NCBI GenBank assembly: GCA_963701965.1
Contig: OY969695.1
Location: 2,432,001 to 2,496,000 of the forward strand
Length of the DNA stretch: 64,000 nucleotides
Origin: an uncultured Gemmatimonadales bacterium
GTDB taxonomy: Bacteria; Gemmatimonadota; Gemmatimonadetes; Gemmatimonadales; Gemmatimonadaceae
Direction of reading: 5' to 3'
The notes under the pieces were generated by a model. That model did no database searches and was not told where the DNA came from. It was given only the letters and a program-made list of their open reading frames with translations. Position numbers and translations under genes: made by a program. Position 1 is the stretch's first letter. Each line of letters begins with the position of its first letter. This document shows positions 18,946 through 28,175 of the stretch, one piece after another.

Positions 18946-20289
18946 ATGCCTATCGTGTCCACTAGTGCTACACGCGCACCGGCGCTCGTCGACGAACTGG
19001 AGCATCTGCTTCAGGACGCCCGGGAACGTACGCTGCTGCTGATCGATACGCTCACCGATCACGACCTGACGGTGCAGCATGACGTCCTCATGAGCCCGAT
19101 CCTTTGGGATCTCGGGCACATCGCATCATTCGAGCGGCTCTGGCTCGTGCGCCAGTTGGACCAGCCAATCGAGTTCGGCGAGATGCCGGGCCTGTACAAT
19201 CCCTTTGAGCACCCGCGGCGCGTGCGCGGCGCGCTCCAGCTGCCGTCGCGGAGCGACATCCTGCAGTTGCTCGCCGAAGCCCAGAACGAGGCGCTGGAGC
19301 GGCTGGCCGATGTCGATTTCGACTCGGGTTCGCCGTTGCTCAAGGACGGCTACGTCTATCGCATGGTCGCACAGCACGAGCACCAGCACAACGAGACCAT
19401 GCTCCAGACACTGCAGCTCAAGCTCGGCGGTGCGTATCGGCCGCCGCGACGCCGCCAACTGCCCGCGGCGCTCGAAGCGCGCGGGGTCATGGCCGACACC
19501 GGCGGATCGATGGTGCGCGTGCCGGCCGGCGAGTACACGATCGGTACCGATGATCGGAGCGCCGCCTACGACAACGAGCGTCCAGGGCACATCGTGACCC
19601 TGGCGCCGTTTCGCATCGATGTCACGCCGGTCACCAACGACCAGTATCTGGCGTTCATCGCCGACGGCGGCTACAGCCGCCCGGAGCTGTGGTCGGTCGA
19701 AGGCCGCACGTGGCTCGACGAGTCGCGCGCCGAAGCGCCGCGGTACTGGTCGCTCTCCGATGGGGGATGGTGGTCGCGCTCGATGGATCGCGCGGAGCCG
19801 GTCGACCCGACGCGCCCCGTGTGCCACGTGTCGTACTACGAGGCCGAGGCGTTCGCCCGGTGGGCGGGCAAGCGGTTGCCGACGGAAGCCGAGTGGGAAG
19901 TCGCGGCGACGTGGGATAGTCGCGCCCGACGGGCGCGGCAGTTTCCGTGGGGCGATGCGCCCGCCACACCCGAGCTGGCCAACATCGACCAACTGGCGTT
20001 CGCCACCGCGCCCGTGGGCGCGTTCCCACGCAACGTGTCGCCGCTCGGGTGCTACGGCATGATCGGCGACGTATGGGAGTGGACGTCGAGCGACTTCGGC
20101 CCGTACCCCGGGTTCGCGGCGTTTCCGTACCGCGAGTACTCGGAGGCCTTCTTTGGTCCGGAGTACAAGGTGCTGCGCGGCGGATCGTGGGCCACGCGAC
20201 CGGGGACGGTGCGCGCCACGTTCCGCAACTGGGACTACCCGCAGCGCCGCCAAATCTTCAGCGGCTTCCGGTGCGCGGCCGATGATTGA
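18946..20289 (+). CDS. egtB: Ergothioneine sulfoxide synthase (DinB-like + FGE-sulfatase domains)
   Basis: SPILWDLGH, QHEHQHNETMLQ iron motif, RLPTEAEWE, GDVWEW, RGGSW, FSGFRCA. Confidence 0.9.
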   Translation: MPIVSTSATRAPALVDELEHLLQDARERTLLLIDTLTDHDLTVQHDVLMSPILWDLGHIASFERLWLVRQLDQPIEFGEMPGLYNPFEHPRRVRGALQLPSRSDILQLLAEAQNEALERLADVDFDSGSPLLKDGYVYRMVAQHEHQHNETMLQTLQLKLGGAYRPPRRRQLPAALEARGVMADTGGSMVRVPAGEYTIGTDDRSAAYDNERPGHIVTLAPFRIDVTPVTNDQYLAFIADGGYSRPELWSVEGRTWLDESRAEAPRYWSLSDGGWWSRSMDRAEPVDPTRPVCHVSYYEAEAFARWAGKRLPTEAEWEVAATWDSRARRARQFPWGDAPATPELANIDQLAFATAPVGAFPRNVSPLGCYGMIGDVWEWTSSDFGPYPGFAAFPYREYSEAFFGPEYKVLRGGSWATRPGTVRATFRNWDYPQRRQIFSGFRCAADD

Positions 20290-21238
20290 GATGCGCGACG
20301 TCACTGGCGACGCCACCGCCTTCCAGCGCGCCGATCCCGCGATCGTGGCCGACGTGCGCGCGGGACTGAGCCGGCCGCAGAAAGAGCTGTCGCCGAAATT
20401 CTTCTACGACCAGCGCGGCTCCCAGCTGTTCGAGGAGATCACGCGGCTGCCCGAGTATTACCTGACGCGCACGGAGCGGGCGCTGTTGCCCGAGGTCGCA
20501 CCCACGCTGTCGGCGGCGACGCTCGTGGAGTTGGGCGCCGGCAACGCCGAGAAGACGCGCATTCTGTTGGATGACATGTCGGCGCGATCGCTCGAGGCCT
20601 ACGTCCCCGTCGACGTCAGTGCCACATTTCTGGCCCAGACCGCGACGCGACTGCGCGCCGAGTATCCCGGGCTCAGCGTGATGCCGTTGGTGGCAGACAT
20701 GACCGAGGGCGCACCCGCTCCCCGGGCGTTGCCGCGTCCCGTGCTTTATGCGCTCTTGGGGAGTACGATCGGGAATTTCACCGACGAAGAGGCCGTCGCG
20801 TTGCTGCGGCACGTCCGCGCCGGCATGGACCATGGCGACCGACTGTTGCTCGGAGCAGACCTGGTGAAGGACCCGGCCATTATCGAGGCGGCGTACAACG
20901 ATACGCGCGGCATCACCGCCGAGTTCAACCGCAACATCCTGCGCGTGGTCGGCCGGGAGCTCAACGCCGATTTCCATCCCGATCTGTTCGCGCATTGGGC
21001 CTTTTTCAACGGCGTCGCGGGGCGCATCGAGATGCATCTCGTCGCCACGCGCGATCTGTGCATCGCGATCCCCGACATCGGCCGCGTGTTCGTGCGGCGC
21101 GGCGAATCCATCCGCACGGAGATCAGCAACAAGTACGATCGGCCACGGCTCACGCGGATCATGGACGCCGCGGGATTGCGCGTCGCGCAATGGAACACCG
21201 ACCCTACCGGGGGCTATGCCCTGGTCCTCGGTGCCTAG
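20282..21238 (+). CDS. egtD: L-histidine N-alpha-methyltransferase
   Basis: KELSPKFFYD..GS.LFEEIT.LPEYY, ELGAG, GSTIGNF, AYND, TEISNKY. Confidence 0.92.
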   Translation: MIEMRDVTGDATAFQRADPAIVADVRAGLSRPQKELSPKFFYDQRGSQLFEEITRLPEYYLTRTERALLPEVAPTLSAATLVELGAGNAEKTRILLDDMSARSLEAYVPVDVSATFLAQTATRLRAEYPGLSVMPLVADMTEGAPAPRALPRPVLYALLGSTIGNFTDEEAVALLRHVRAGMDHGDRLLLGADLVKDPAIIEAAYNDTRGITAEFNRNILRVVGRELNADFHPDLFAHWAFFNGVAGRIEMHLVATRDLCIAIPDIGRVFVRRGESIRTEISNKYDRPRLTRIMDAAGLRVAQWNTDPTGGYALVLGA

Positions 21239-22409
21239 CGCCGCGCGGCTCGTCGACGCGCTCCGGGCCCGGGCGTTCACGCCCGGCCGGGCGCGCGCCA
21301 TCGGCGCCGAAGTCGAGTTCGTCCCCGTCGACCGGGAGACACGCCGGCCACTGCCGATCGGCGGCGGCGTGCGGATTGCCCGCCGGGCGGCTCTCCGCCT
21401 CGGACTCGCCGAGTACATGGGACCGTACGGGGTGCCGAATTTCGCCACCGATGGCAAGGGCGCGCTGACGTTCGAGCCCGGCGGCCAGATCGAGTACAGC
21501 GCCCCGCCGTTTCCGTCGGCGTCGGCGCTGGCCGCGAATCTCCGTGAGGCCCACGCCACGCTCCGGGACACCGCCGACGCCGCGCACGTCGACTTGCTCT
21601 CGTTGGGCATCGACCCGTGCAATGCCGTCGAATGTACGAGCCTCCAGATCGGCGGCTCGCGCTATCCCGCGATGGACGCGTACTTCCGATCCATCGGCCC
21701 GTTTGGCGCTCGCATGATGCGCCAGACGGCGTCGTTCCAGGTGAGCCTCGACCGCGGCGAGGATCCGACGGCCGCCTGGCGCTTGCTGAACGCGGCGGCC
21801 CCGGTCATCGTCGCCCTGTTCGCCAACTCGTCGCGGTACGAGGGCCAAGACACCGGACATCGGAGTTTTCGCGCGCACGTGTGGCGCCGGCTGGATCCGG
21901 CGCGGACCGGCGTGCTGTCGGGGGGCGATGATCCGGCGGGCGAGTATGGCGCATTCGCCCTGCGCGCTCCGGCGATCCTGCACGTCGACCCCGATGGGAT
22001 GTACCAGCCATTTGGGGCGCTGCTTGCGCAGGGGATCGTGAACGATCACGATTGGGCGGTGCATCTGACGACGCTCTTCCCGGAGGTACGAGCACGTGGG
22101 ACCTTCGAGGTGCGGTCGGCGGACGCGATCCCGCCCGAGTGGTACGTGGTGCCGCTCGCCTTGCTCGGCGGTTTGGCGTACGACGCCGCCGCGCGCGCCG
22201 CGGCGTCGGACCTCCTCGGCGCCCCGGATCCGTGCCGGCTGGTGCGGGCCGGCCAGGAAGGACTCGCCGACCTCCGTGAGGCTCGGGCGGCGGCCGAGCT
22301 CGTGGACATCGCGGTCGCCGGATGCCGCCGGCTTGGTCCCGCGTTCGTCGATCCGGGCGACCTCGAGCGCGTGGACGAATTTCGCGAGCGGTACATCCCG
22401 CACGGATAG
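21216..22409 (+). CDS. egtA: Glutamate-cysteine ligase (GCS2 family)
   Basis: IGAEVE, TFEPGGQIEYS, MMRQTASFQVSLD, HLTTLFPEVR, EVRSAD; lies in the egt operon. Confidence 0.85.
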   Translation: MPWSSVPSAARLVDALRARAFTPGRARAIGAEVEFVPVDRETRRPLPIGGGVRIARRAALRLGLAEYMGPYGVPNFATDGKGALTFEPGGQIEYSAPPFPSASALAANLREAHATLRDTADAAHVDLLSLGIDPCNAVECTSLQIGGSRYPAMDAYFRSIGPFGARMMRQTASFQVSLDRGEDPTAAWRLLNAAAPVIVALFANSSRYEGQDTGHRSFRAHVWRRLDPARTGVLSGGDDPAGEYGAFALRAPAILHVDPDGMYQPFGALLAQGIVNDHDWAVHLTTLFPEVRARGTFEVRSADAIPPEWYVVPLALLGGLAYDAAARAAASDLLGAPDPCRLVRAGQEGLADLREARAAAELVDIAVAGCRRLGPAFVDPGDLERVDEFRERYIPHG

Positions 22410-22412
22410 TCC

Positions 22413-23150
22413 GTGACGGCCGCGCTTCGCATCGAGGGATTGGTGAAGCGCTGGGGACCGGACGTCGTCGCGCCTGACGGCGTCTCGTTTGACGTCGGCG
22501 CCGGCGAGTGCGTGGCGCTCATCGGCGAGAGCGGGTCCGGCAAGACCACGTTGCTCCGCACGATCAATCGCATGGTCGAACCCGACGCGGGGACGGTGTG
22601 GTTCGACGGCCGTCCGACCGTCGAGATCGATCCCGTGGATCTGCGCCGGCACATGGGATACGTCCCGCAGGACGGCGGGCTGCTCCCGCACTGGCGCGTG
22701 CGGCGGAATGTCGGACTCGTGCCGTGGCTCCTCGGGCGCAACGGCGCGGCGGTGGCCGACGAGGCCCTGCGCCTGGTCGGCCTCGACCCGGCGACGTTCG
22801 CCGAGCGGTGGCCCGGAGACTTGTCGGGCGGCCAGCGGCAGCGCGTGGCGATCGCGCGCGCGCTGGCCGCGCATCCGAGCGTGCTGCTGCTCGATGAGCC
22901 GTTCGGCGCGCTCGATGCCATCACGCGCGCGGAATTGCAGGACGCGTTTCGCGATCTGCGCCAACGCCTCGGCACGACGGCGATCCTCGTCACGCACGAC
23001 TTGCGGGAAGCCATCGAGCTCGCGGATCGCATTGCCGTCCTGCACCATGGACGCCTGGAGCAATACGCGCCGCCCGCCACGTTGCTCGGTGCGCCGGCGA
23101 CGCCGTACGTCGCCGAGCTCCTCTCCCGCGCCCACGTGCGCCCCGCGTGA
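22413..23150 (+). CDS. ABC ATPase, osmoprotectant (OpuA/ProV/EgtV-like)
   Basis: GESGSGKT, LSGGQRQR, LLLDEPFGALD. Confidence 0.9.
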   Translation: MTAALRIEGLVKRWGPDVVAPDGVSFDVGAGECVALIGESGSGKTTLLRTINRMVEPDAGTVWFDGRPTVEIDPVDLRRHMGYVPQDGGLLPHWRVRRNVGLVPWLLGRNGAAVADEALRLVGLDPATFAERWPGDLSGGQRQRVAIARALAAHPSVLLLDEPFGALDAITRAELQDAFRDLRQRLGTTAILVTHDLREAIELADRIAVLHHGRLEQYAPPATLLGAPATPYVAELLSRAHVRPA

Positions 23151-24715
23151 CCCGGCATCTCGGCGCCCTGGCGTTGGTCCTCGCCGCCATCGTCTCCGGC
23201 AAGACCACACGTCCGGTCATCGTGGGTTCCAAACCGTTCGGCGAGTCCTACATCCTGGCCGAGATGTTCGCGCAGCTTCTCGAAGCCCGCGGGTTCGCGG
23301 TCGAGCGGCGGCCGGGACTCGGGGCCACCGACGTGGCTTACCCGGCGCTCGTCCGGAGCGCGATCGACGTATACCCCGAGTACACCGGGACCGGCTTGGT
23401 CGCCATCCTCGGCGAGTCACCCGCGGGCTCGGCGCAAGACGTGTACGCCCGCGTCGCCACCGCGCTCGGCCGCCGCAATGGCGTGCGGTGGCTGCCGCCG
23501 CTCGGCTTTCAGAACACCTACGCGATAGCGGTGCGCCGGGCGACGGCCGACTCGCTCCACCTGTCGACCCTAAGCGACCTGGCGCGCGTTGGCGCCCACC
23601 TGCGCGGCGGGCTCACGGCGGACTTCATCGGACGACCCGACGGCCTGCCGGCGCTGCAACGCGCGTACGGCCTGACGCTCGCCGACGTCAAAGCGCTCTT
23701 GCCGGCCGTCAAGTATCGCGCGCTCGCCCAGGGCGCCGTCGACGTGATCGACGGCTACGAGACCGATGGCGCGATCGCCCGGTATCACGTCGCGGTGCTG
23801 ACCGACGACCGCCGCGTCTTTCCGCCCTACGAGGCCGCCGCGGTCGTCAGCCCGGCGCTGCAGCGCGATCTACCCGGCGCCGTCCTGGCGCTGGCCGAGC
23901 TGTCCGATCGTCTCGACACCGCGCGCATGCGCGCCCTCAATCAGGAGCTGGAGCTCGACGGTGTGCCGGTGGGCACGATCGCCCGCCAGGCGCTCGTGGC
24001 GCTCCACCTGGTCGCCGATTCCTCGGCCACCGCCGCGGCCCCGGCGCGGCGCGAGGGGCTGGTTCAGTACGTGCGCGACGAGAGCGCCCACCTCACGAAC
24101 CTGACCGGGCGGCATCTCCTGCTGGTCGCGGTTTCCCTGGCCCTGGCGATCCTGTTCTCGGTGCCGCTGGGACTGGCCTTGATGTCGGCGCCCCGACAGG
24201 CGGAGGGCGTGATTCGCGCCGTGGGCGTGCTGGAGACGATCCCCGGCATTGCCCTCGTCGCGTTCATGATCCCGCTCTTCGGCATCGGTGTCGTTCCTGC
24301 GTTGGTCGCGCTCTTTCTGTATTCCCTCTATCCGATCCTGCGCAACACCTATACGGGCGTGCGGGATGCCGATCCGGGTGCCGCGGACGCCGCGCAAGCG
24401 CTGGGGATGACCCGCGCCCAAGTGCTACTCTACGTGCGGCTGCCCCTCGCCGCGCCGGTGATCATGGCGGGGATTCGGACGGCCGCCGTCATCGACGTCG
24501 GCACCGCCACGCTGGCCGCGTTCATTGGCGCGGGGGGCCTGGGCGACCCGATCGTCTCCGGCCTCGCGCTCAACGACACGCGCTTGATCCTCTCCGGCGC
24601 CATTCCCGCCGCGCTCCTCGCGCTGGCCGTCGACGGCCTTCTGGCCGGCGCCGAACGCTGGATCGCGCCTATGGGCAGACGACGCGGCCGTCGCCCGTAT
24701 GCACCGTCCCGATGA
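23147..24715 (+). CDS. Fused betaine-type substrate-binding protein + permease
   Basis: VGSKPFGE, YPEYTGT, FQNTYA, FPPYEA, then TM domain with EAA-like loop and GAGGLG. Confidence 0.88.
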   Translation: MTRHLGALALVLAAIVSGKTTRPVIVGSKPFGESYILAEMFAQLLEARGFAVERRPGLGATDVAYPALVRSAIDVYPEYTGTGLVAILGESPAGSAQDVYARVATALGRRNGVRWLPPLGFQNTYAIAVRRATADSLHLSTLSDLARVGAHLRGGLTADFIGRPDGLPALQRAYGLTLADVKALLPAVKYRALAQGAVDVIDGYETDGAIARYHVAVLTDDRRVFPPYEAAAVVSPALQRDLPGAVLALAELSDRLDTARMRALNQELELDGVPVGTIARQALVALHLVADSSATAAAPARREGLVQYVRDESAHLTNLTGRHLLLVAVSLALAILFSVPLGLALMSAPRQAEGVIRAVGVLETIPGIALVAFMIPLFGIGVVPALVALFLYSLYPILRNTYTGVRDADPGAADAAQALGMTRAQVLLYVRLPLAAPVIMAGIRTAAVIDVGTATLAAFIGAGGLGDPIVSGLALNDTRLILSGAIPAALLALAVDGLLAGAERWIAPMGRRRGRRPYAPSR

Positions 24716-25064
24716 TCGTGTCGACGCCGACGCCGATGTAGCACGTCGCGCCGTTGCTCACGGCCGTGGCGTTCCACCCCCGCCCGGCGGCGATGCCCGT
24801 CCCGCCGATCGTGATGCGAATGTCGGCTGGCGCCCGATAGCCCGTGGTGTCCCCATCGGTCGCGTAGCGATTGTGCTTGGCAAAGAACGCATCCTGCGCA
24901 TCGCGCAGCCGTTCCAGCGCTTGCCGCGTATCGTACGCCGCCTGCTGCCGCCCCGCGCGGTTGAACCACGGCGCGGCGATGGCGACCAGGAGGCACACGA
25001 TGGCGATGATGAGGATGATCTCGAGCGCCGTCACGCCCCGGGGCCGCCGCGGATAGCGTCTCAC
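24669..25064 (-). CDS. Type IV pilin-like protein
   Basis: RRPRG^VTALEIILIIAIV prepilin-like motif; C-terminal Cys pair. Confidence 0.65.
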   Translation of the reverse strand: MRRYPRRPRGVTALEIILIIAIVCLLVAIAAPWFNRAGRQQAAYDTRQALERLRDAQDAFFAKHNRYATDGDTTGYRAPADIRITIGGTGIAAGRGWNATAVSNGATCYIGVGVDTIIGTVHTGDGRVVCP

Positions 25065-26452
25065 GTGAGCGGCAGCTTGACGCTGAAGACCGTCTCGCCC
25101 GGCACCGATCGACTGGTGATCGTGCCACCATGGCGACGGACGACGATCCGTTGCGCGATGTCGAGCCCCAGCCCCGTGCCTTTTCCCACGTCCTTCGTGG
25201 TGAAGAACGGCTCCCAGATCCGCTCCTGCAGCTCCTCGGGGATCCCCCGGCCATCGTCGATCACGTCGACCCGCACATCATGGTCGTCGCGACATCCGAT
25301 GATGGTGATGTGCCCCCCCATCTCCACGGCGTCGATCGCGTTGGAGATGAGATTCGCCCACACCTGGTTGATGTCGCTGACGTATACCGAGATCCGCGGC
25401 AGGTCGATCAGCTGGCGCGTCACGGTGATGTGCTTCTCGGAAAGCCGCGTACTGAAGATGGCGAGCGTGGCATCGATCCCCGCCCGGAGATCGACCGACT
25501 CCCGGGCGCTGGGCCGGTCCATCTGCGTGTACGCCTTGACGGCCGCCACCAGATCGGAGACTCGCGCCGCGGACTGCGACGCCTCGCGCAGGAGCACGTC
25601 CGACGCCAGGCCGGCCTCGAGCCAGCACAGCGCCGACTTCCGGGCACCCGGCGCGATCGCTTCCGACGCCCGCGACAGGTCGTTGCAGGTCACTCCCGCG
25701 GCCACGAACGTCGCGGCGCTCACCCATGGGTCCGGCACGCCCGCCTCTGTGAGCCACTTGGTCAGCGCCTCCTCCCGTTCACTGCGCGTGATCGGGTCCA
25801 GGACCGGCGGTTCGCGCTCGGCGACGCTGGTGCGGACGCCGTCGAGCCGCGAGAGCGAGCCCGCATCCACGCCCACGGCGACGACTTCAATGGTGAACCG
25901 GTGCACGGCATCGAGCCGTTCGCGCAGCTCTGTGGCCGCCTGCCGGACCGCGGACACCGGGTTGTTCAGCTCGTGCGCCATGCCCGCCGAAATGCGGCCG
26001 AGCAGCCGGAACCGCTCGTACTCGTGCTCGCGGCGCTCGCTGTCGCGCACCCGATCCGTCAGCAACCCGATCAACCGCGGTTCCAGTACCGGGATGCGGT
26101 GCAGCAGATCGCTGAACAGGCTCGCCGGGAACGAAGCGATGCGCACGTGCGTCAGCGCCCGGGCCCGCCCGTTGAACGTCTTCATGCGGGAGAACGGCAC
26201 GCGGCCGCTCACGTCGCCGGCGCGGACCATGAACGTGGGCGCGTCCGAGTCGCGGTCCGAGCGCCGGATCTCGACCGTGCCTTCCAGCGCGAAATACATC
26301 TCTTCCGCGGCGGCCCCGGGTTGAAACAGGATCGTGCCCGGCTCGAACGTATGGTCTACCGACCGTTCGGCGATCCAGTCGAGATCGTCGTCGGAGAGAT
26401 CGGCGAAGATGCCGATCACCCGCAGGTCGGACCCGACGAGCCCGGTACTCAC
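25061..26452 (-). CDS. Histidine kinase with cNMP-binding sensor domain (copy 2)
   Basis: cNMP-like N-terminus, AHELNNP, NLISNA, DDGRG, FFTTK, GTGLGL; GTGA overlap start. Confidence 0.88.
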   Translation of the reverse strand: MSTGLVGSDLRVIGIFADLSDDDLDWIAERSVDHTFEPGTILFQPGAAAEEMYFALEGTVEIRRSDRDSDAPTFMVRAGDVSGRVPFSRMKTFNGRARALTHVRIASFPASLFSDLLHRIPVLEPRLIGLLTDRVRDSERREHEYERFRLLGRISAGMAHELNNPVSAVRQAATELRERLDAVHRFTIEVVAVGVDAGSLSRLDGVRTSVAEREPPVLDPITRSEREEALTKWLTEAGVPDPWVSAATFVAAGVTCNDLSRASEAIAPGARKSALCWLEAGLASDVLLREASQSAARVSDLVAAVKAYTQMDRPSARESVDLRAGIDATLAIFSTRLSEKHITVTRQLIDLPRISVYVSDINQVWANLISNAIDAVEMGGHITIIGCRDDHDVRVDVIDDGRGIPEELQERIWEPFFTTKDVGKGTGLGLDIAQRIVVRRHGGTITSRSVPGETVFSVKLPLT

Positions 26453-26724
26453 GCGTCCACTTCCACCTGATCGACATAGCACCAACCCCAGCTCTCGCCC
26501 GGCTCGATCGACCGCATGATGGCGTGGTGTGTCGTCCCGAAGTGTTTGGTGGCGTGCTTGTTCTTCGAGGAATCACAGCAGCCCACGTGACCGCAGACGC
26601 GGCACAAGCGGAGATGCACCCACGTGTCGCCCATCTTGAGGCATTCCTCGCACCCTTTGGTGCGCGCCGGCACGTCGCGAATCTCTTGCGTGTGCCGACA
26701 GGTCGTCTCCCTGACCTGCGTCAT
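26449..26724 (-). CDS. Stand-alone UBP-type zinc finger protein
   Basis: CEEC..WVHLRLCRVCGHVGCCDSSKNKHATKH..WGWCY. Confidence 0.9.
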   Translation of the reverse strand: MTQVRETTCRHTQEIRDVPARTKGCEECLKMGDTWVHLRLCRVCGHVGCCDSSKNKHATKHFGTTHHAIMRSIEPGESWGWCYVDQVEVDA

Positions 26725-28175
26725 GACTTCGCCCCTTCCACCGCAAATGGCAGCCGCACCGTGAACCGGGTGACACCGGCCTCCGAGAACACCGCCACCG
26801 TCCCCTGGTGTCGCGTGACGATGCGTCGCACGATCTCGAGCCCGAGCCCCGTGCCCTTCCCTACTTCCTTCGTGGTGAAAAAAGTTTCAAAGAGCTTGGG
26901 CAGCGTCTCCAGCGGGATGCCCGGACCATCGTCCGAGATCTCGATCTGGGCGCACACCCCGTCGCGCAGGGTGCGGACCCGGATGGTGCCGCCGGGCTTG
27001 GCCCTGGCCTTGTCCGTCGAAATCGAGTCGATCGCGTTGTCGATCAGGTTCGTCCACACCTGATGCAACTCGCCGCCGAACGTGCGGATCTTGGGCATGG
27101 TGCGGTCGTAATCGCGCTCCACCTTGATGTTGGACCCCCGCAGCTTGTAGCCCAACATCGTGAGCGTGTTCTCGATCGCCATGTGCACATCGACGTTCTT
27201 GGGCGTCGTGCGGTCGGCGTGGGAGTATCCCTTGACGGCCATGACCAGCTCGGCGATGCGGGTCGTGCTCGACTGCACCTCGTCGAGGAGCTGGCGCAAT
27301 GTCTCCAGTCGCTCCGTCCAGTTGAGCGCGGCGCGCAACACGTCGGGCGCGATCCCGCCCGCCGCGGATTGGACCAGGTCCACCGTGAATCCCGCGCCCA
27401 CCATTCCGGCCGCGCAGGCCCAGGCGTCGGTTTCGGCGCCGTGCGACGTCAGCCAAGTCGCCAGCGCGTCCTCCCGGTCGCCGCGCGTCACCGGGTCCAT
27501 GGACTCGACCTCGCGGCGGCCGGCCTCCAACTTCGCCGGGTCGGCCTCGAGATCGTCCATGACGGTGAACGCCGCCTGCATCAATTTCCGCGTGTTGGGA
27601 TCCTTCGTCATCGCGCGCATGGCGTCCAACGTCTCTTCCGCCTGCATCGCCGCGCGGTGCGCCGCCGACGCGGGGTTGTTCAGCTCGTGGGCCAGCCCGG
27701 CGGCCATCGTCCCCAGGCCGGCCATCCGCTCGCGCTCCTGGAGCAGGGCGGTGGCCCGGCGCGTGCGCTCCACCAGCGTCTTGATCACGGTGGCGGCCAC
27801 GGTCGGGCAGGACGACATGAGAGCGCGGAACGTCGGCTCCGGGATCCGCACCAGCCGCGCCGGCGTCGCCGCGCGGGCCTTGTGCCACGATCGCGTTTGG
27901 GTGAGCACGGCGATGTCCCCGAAGAACGCGCCGGGCCCCAGACGATCGATGAGATCTTCGCCGTTCAGTTCCTTTGTGATGCTGACCTCGCCCTCGGCCA
28001 CGATCCAGACCGCGTCCAGCGTCGCGGCTTCGTCGTAGAGGACCTGGTCCTTCTCCAGCCGGAGCTCCGTGCTTTCGGCGATGACCCGATCCAATTCCGA
28101 TCCACTGCAGGACGCCAAAAGCGGCGACTGCCGGAGGATGGCAACGGTGAGGACTGACTCGGTCGATGTCTCCAT
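26721..28175 (-). CDS. Histidine kinase with cNMP-binding sensor domain (copy 1)
   Basis: LGPGAFFGD, AHELNNP, NLIDNA, DDGPG, FFTTK, GTGLGL. Confidence 0.9.
   Translation of the reverse strand: METSTESVLTVAILRQSPLLASCSGSELDRVIAESTELRLEKDQVLYDEAATLDAVWIVAEGEVSITKELNGEDLIDRLGPGAFFGDIAVLTQTRSWHKARAATPARLVRIPEPTFRALMSSCPTVAATVIKTLVERTRRATALLQERERMAGLGTMAAGLAHELNNPASAAHRAAMQAEETLDAMRAMTKDPNTRKLMQAAFTVMDDLEADPAKLEAGRREVESMDPVTRGDREDALATWLTSHGAETDAWACAAGMVGAGFTVDLVQSAAGGIAPDVLRAALNWTERLETLRQLLDEVQSSTTRIAELVMAVKGYSHADRTTPKNVDVHMAIENTLTMLGYKLRGSNIKVERDYDRTMPKIRTFGGELHQVWTNLIDNAIDSISTDKARAKPGGTIRVRTLRDGVCAQIEISDDGPGIPLETLPKLFETFFTTKEVGKGTGLGLEIVRRIVTRHQGTVAVFSEAGVTRFTVRLPFAVEGAKS

Noticed and set aside
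18946..22409. Selenoneine (sen) cluster
   Set aside because: No SelD-like or glycosyltransferase gene; egtD plus a glutamate-cysteine ligase fit ergothioneine
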